The notes under the pieces are model-generated. The model made no database searches. It worked only from the letters and a program-made list of their open reading frames with translations, and was not told the origin of the DNA. Positions 61,272-64,000 of a DNA stretch of 64,000 bases are shown piece after piece. The translations under genes were made by a program, and so were the position numbers. Source of the DNA: Neisseriales bacterium (GTDB lineage Bacteria > Pseudomonadota > Gammaproteobacteria > Burkholderiales > Q3-R57-64); assembly GCA_016699915.1 (NCBI GenBank), contig CP064990.1, forward strand, positions 512,671-576,670, given 5' to 3'. Numbering within the stretch: position 1 is the stretch's first letter; every line of letters starts with the position of its first letter.

Positions 61272-62330
61272 TTATTCAAAGTGAAGATGGACAGATCCTG
61301 ATTGCAACACACCAATTGCGGCAGCGTGCATAAATCCAGCTTGATGAAAGCATCGTAAAACTTGCTGTACTTGATCGGGTACTACGGCGACCATTAACCC
61401 ACCGCTTGTTTGTGGATCAAACAGGAGGTTTTGCTGCCATTTTTTTAGCAATGGCGCAAAAGAAAGGTGGGATCTAAAACTTTGATCATTGCGTGCTGTA
61501 GCGCCCGGTGTAATACCCTGCTGAGCATAGGATAGCGCTTCGGGCAAAATAGGTAATTTGGTAAAATGGACTTGAGCGCCCAGTTGTGAAGCGTGACAAA
61601 GCTCAAAAAGATGACCTGCTAATCCAAAACCCGTAATATCTGTCATGGCATGCACACTAGATAAAGTACCCAACACTTCCCCTACACTATTTAATTGTGT
61701 AGTCGTTGCAATGAGTGCTTGATAGGCTGATGTCGTTAACACACCCTGCTTCATGGCATGAGCAAGAACACCAATGCCTAAAGGCTTACCGATGATCAAT
61801 ACATCGCCGGCTCGCGCGTCACTGTTGCGCTTTATTTTTTTTGGATGGACAAGCCCTAATACAACAAGACCATAGATCGGCTCGAGTGCGTCAACAGAAT
61901 GCCCGCCAGCAATGGGTATATTGGCTTGTCGACAAATAGCTTCCCCACCTTCTAAAATGCGCTTTATGACAGCAACAGATAGCTTATCAAGCGGCATACC
62001 AACCACTGCAAGAGCCATGATGGGTTTGCCGCCCATTGCATAGATATCTGATAAAGCATTAGCTGCCGCAACACGCCCAAAATCAAAAGGATCATCAACA
62101 ATCGGCATAAAAAAATCAACGGTAGCAACCAATGCCTGCTCAGCGCTAAGTTGATAAACAGCGGCATCGTCAACCGTATGATTGCCTACTAACAATGCTG
62201 GGAACGCAGCAAACTGATCAGATGCTGAAGCAATCAACTGATTAAGTAGTACTGGGGCAATTTTGCAGCCACACCCCCCACCATGCGATAATTGAGTCAG
62301 TCTAATCGGACTCAATTGAGGGTTATCCAT
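61272..62330 (-). CDS. selD: Selenide, water dikinase SelD (Cys-type)
   Basis: Start at ATG 62330: MDNPQLSPIRLTQLSHGGGCGCKIAP parallels E. coli IRLTQYSHGAGCGCKISP. AIR-synthase-like fold motifs DDAAVY and DITGFGLAGH. The track ORF extends to 62396. Confidence 0.9.
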   Translation of the reverse strand: MDNPQLSPIRLTQLSHGGGCGCKIAPVLLNQLIASASDQFAAFPALLVGNHTVDDAAVYQLSAEQALVATVDFFMPIVDDPFDFGRVAAANALSDIYAMGGKPIMALAVVGMPLDKLSVAVIKRILEGGEAICRQANIPIAGGHSVDALEPIYGLVVLGLVHPKKIKRNSDARAGDVLIIGKPLGIGVLAHAMKQGVLTTSAYQALIATTTQLNSVGEVLGTLSSVHAMTDITGFGLAGHLFELCHASQLGAQVHFTKLPILPEALSYAQQGITPGATARNDQSFRSHLSFAPLLKKWQQNLLFDPQTSGGLMVAVVPDQVQQVLRCFHQAGFMHAAAIGVLQSGSVHLHFE

Positions 62331-62331
62331 C

Positions 62332-63390
62332 TTGCGCACTTCTCGTTTTGTTAGATCGGCCAATATAGCACAACTTAATGAGTTTACTGAGATCATTGAT
62401 GTTCGTACGCCATCTGAGTTTGCTGCTGATCATATTCCCGGAGCACGTAACTGTCCTATTTTGAGTGATGAAGAGCGCTCAATCATTGGAGAGCTTCACC
62501 AAACCCAGCCTTTTGCGGCTCGCAAACTTGGTGGTGTTTACATTGCTCGACGTATCAGCCAATGGATTGAACAGGATTTCATTCATGCCGATCGCCATTG
62601 GAAGCCACTTTTATACTGCTGGCGCGGCGGGATGCGTAGTCGGGCTTTAGCAATTGTTTTAAACCAAATAGGTTGGCAAGCATGCCAACTTATTCAAGGA
62701 TATAAAGCTTATCGCAAGCATGTACTTACAACACTTAACAGATTACCCGAACAGTTATCTCTTCATGTTGTTTGTGGATCCACGGGTACGGGCAAAAGCC
62801 AACTACTTCATGCGTTAGCTCAATATGGAGCACAAATTATTGATTTAGAAATGCTAGCACAGCACAAAGGCTCGGTTCTTGGGTTATGCTGCGATAAAAT
62901 ACAACCGACACAGCGAATGTTTGATTCCATGCTGTGGCAGACATTGCGTTGTTTAGATCCAAATCGTCCTATTTTTATCGAAGCAGAAAGTCGCCATATC
63001 GGCAACATTGGTTTGCCTGATGCTTTATATCAGCGCATGCATCAAAGCCATTGCATTCTTCTAGAAGCACCGATCGATCAGCGCGTACTATTCCTCTTAA
63101 AAGAATACCAATGTTTTGTGAACCAACCCGATCAGTTAATACAACAATTGACCTGCTTAATCCCTGTTAAAGGTCGCGTAATAATTGAGGAGTGGCAAAA
63201 GCTTGTTCGGCAAGGTCATTTTGCTCATTTGGTTCAGAAACTCCTTCAGCAACACTACGACCCCTTGTACTGGCGTGCTTTGCATAAAAATTACCACTAT
63301 ATTGGTCAAGCAAGGCTGATCACACTTCCGGATTTAGAGCAAGCAACTATCCAGCAATCTGCTTTAACATTAATCCATGCGCTAACTTAA
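62332..63390 (+). CDS. selU: tRNA 2-selenouridine synthase (SelU/MnmH)
   Basis: Rhodanese domain IIDVRTPSEFAADHIPGARNCP...LLYCWRGGMRSR plus P-loop VCGSTGTGKSQLL. The only in-frame start candidate is TTG 62332. Confidence 0.8.
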   Translation: MRTSRFVRSANIAQLNEFTEIIDVRTPSEFAADHIPGARNCPILSDEERSIIGELHQTQPFAARKLGGVYIARRISQWIEQDFIHADRHWKPLLYCWRGGMRSRALAIVLNQIGWQACQLIQGYKAYRKHVLTTLNRLPEQLSLHVVCGSTGTGKSQLLHALAQYGAQIIDLEMLAQHKGSVLGLCCDKIQPTQRMFDSMLWQTLRCLDPNRPIFIEAESRHIGNIGLPDALYQRMHQSHCILLEAPIDQRVLFLLKEYQCFVNQPDQLIQQLTCLIPVKGRVIIEEWQKLVRQGHFAHLVQKLLQQHYDPLYWRALHKNYHYIGQARLITLPDLEQATIQQSALTLIHALT

Positions 63391-63516
63391 TTAAGGGTCA
63401 TGGGGTAGTATACCTTCCTATATACCTTGAGCAACAAATAGTTCGGGCATCCTACTGGTTGTTAGAATCTCTTATAATACATAGCATCATAAGATAACTA
63501 GAGTTTATCAACGATC

Positions 63517-64000
63517 ATGGTTGCTTTATCCGTAACACCCGTTTTGCTACTGATTCTTGATGGTTTTGGTCACCGAATGCAAGGTGAAGACAATGCCATA
63601 TACAAAGCGCATACACCCTTTCTTGATGCGCTACGCGCCCAATATGCCTATGGAACGATTGCTACCTCCGGTCAAGTGGTAGGTTTACCGAGTGGACAGT
63701 TTGGCAATTCTGAAGTCGGACATATCAATATTGGTGCCGGACGGGTTGTGCTACAGGATATCAGTCGCATTGATGAAGCTATCCAAAATAACACTTTCAC
63801 TCATCATCCCGTTTTTGTACAAGCTTTCCAAGCAGCTCAACACCATACCTTACATATTTTAGGCTTGTTATCAGATGGCGGGGTACACAGTCACGAAAAA
63901 CATATCCATACACTGATTCATGCTGCACAAGCGTATGGTGTCAACCATATCTGTCTACACGCTTTTTTAGATGGTCGGGATGTGCCGCCTAGAAGCGCTT
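63517..64000 (+). CDS. gpmI: 2,3-bisphosphoglycerate-independent phosphoglycerate mutase (5' part; runs off the window end)
   Basis: Manual translation from ATG 63517: MVALSVTPVLLLILDGFGHR...GLPSGQFGNSEVGHINIGAGRVV...LLSDGGVHSH. Confidence 0.9.
   Translation, partial: MVALSVTPVLLLILDGFGHRMQGEDNAIYKAHTPFLDALRAQYAYGTIATSGQVVGLPSGQFGNSEVGHINIGAGRVVLQDISRIDEAIQNNTFTHHPVFVQAFQAAQHHTLHILGLLSDGGVHSHEKHIHTLIHAAQAYGVNHICLHAFLDGRDVPPRSA

Overview
The window is mostly housekeeping chromosome from an AT-rich gammaproteobacterium. That assignment rests on gene content and order (rpsF-priB-rpsR-rplI, thrS-infC-rpmI-rplT-pheST-ihfA, rne/rluC divergent pair, hpf-rapZ, accBC, ubiE-ubiB). I cannot name the species from sequence alone. 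I support about 55 protein genes, 8 tRNAs and one tmRNA with the canonical ANDENYALAA tag. I found no rRNA, CRISPR array, transposase, integrase or phage genes. The one clearly non-ordinary region is 11.2-21.0 kb. A 3.2 kb segment holds the 5' part of an NlpC/P60 peptidase gene, a 423 bp divergent control region and an 825 aa lipoprotein-type autotransporter. The autotransporter passenger consists almost entirely of thrombospondin-type-3-like Ca-binding repeats. This segment recurs 7.4 kb downstream as a 2.2 kb near-identical direct copy. The two copies differ in four ways. (i) A clean in-frame 1017 bp repeat-array length difference. (ii) A T7 versus T6 homopolymer inside the signal-peptide codons, which frameshifts the second copy. 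(iii) A cluster of ten same-strand C-to-T changes within 50 bp of the shared control region. (iv) Only one other substitution and one other 1-nt indel across about 2.1 kb. The copies flank a 4.2 kb unit carrying tRNA-Thr, tRNA-Pro, dcd, a LOG-family gene, ferritin, tRNA-Met and an amino-acid permease. Lesser oddities are listed as findings. They include a PheT lacking its N-terminal tRNA-binding domain, a non-AUG infC start, head-to-head selD/selU with a 1 bp gap, and a DUF721/DciA-like gene next to secA. They also include an orphan membrane ORF inside the rluC-HAD-S49 cluster and 16 bp direct repeats bracketing tRNA-Val. All functional calls come from reading the translated ORFs and recalling family motifs. 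No database search was run.
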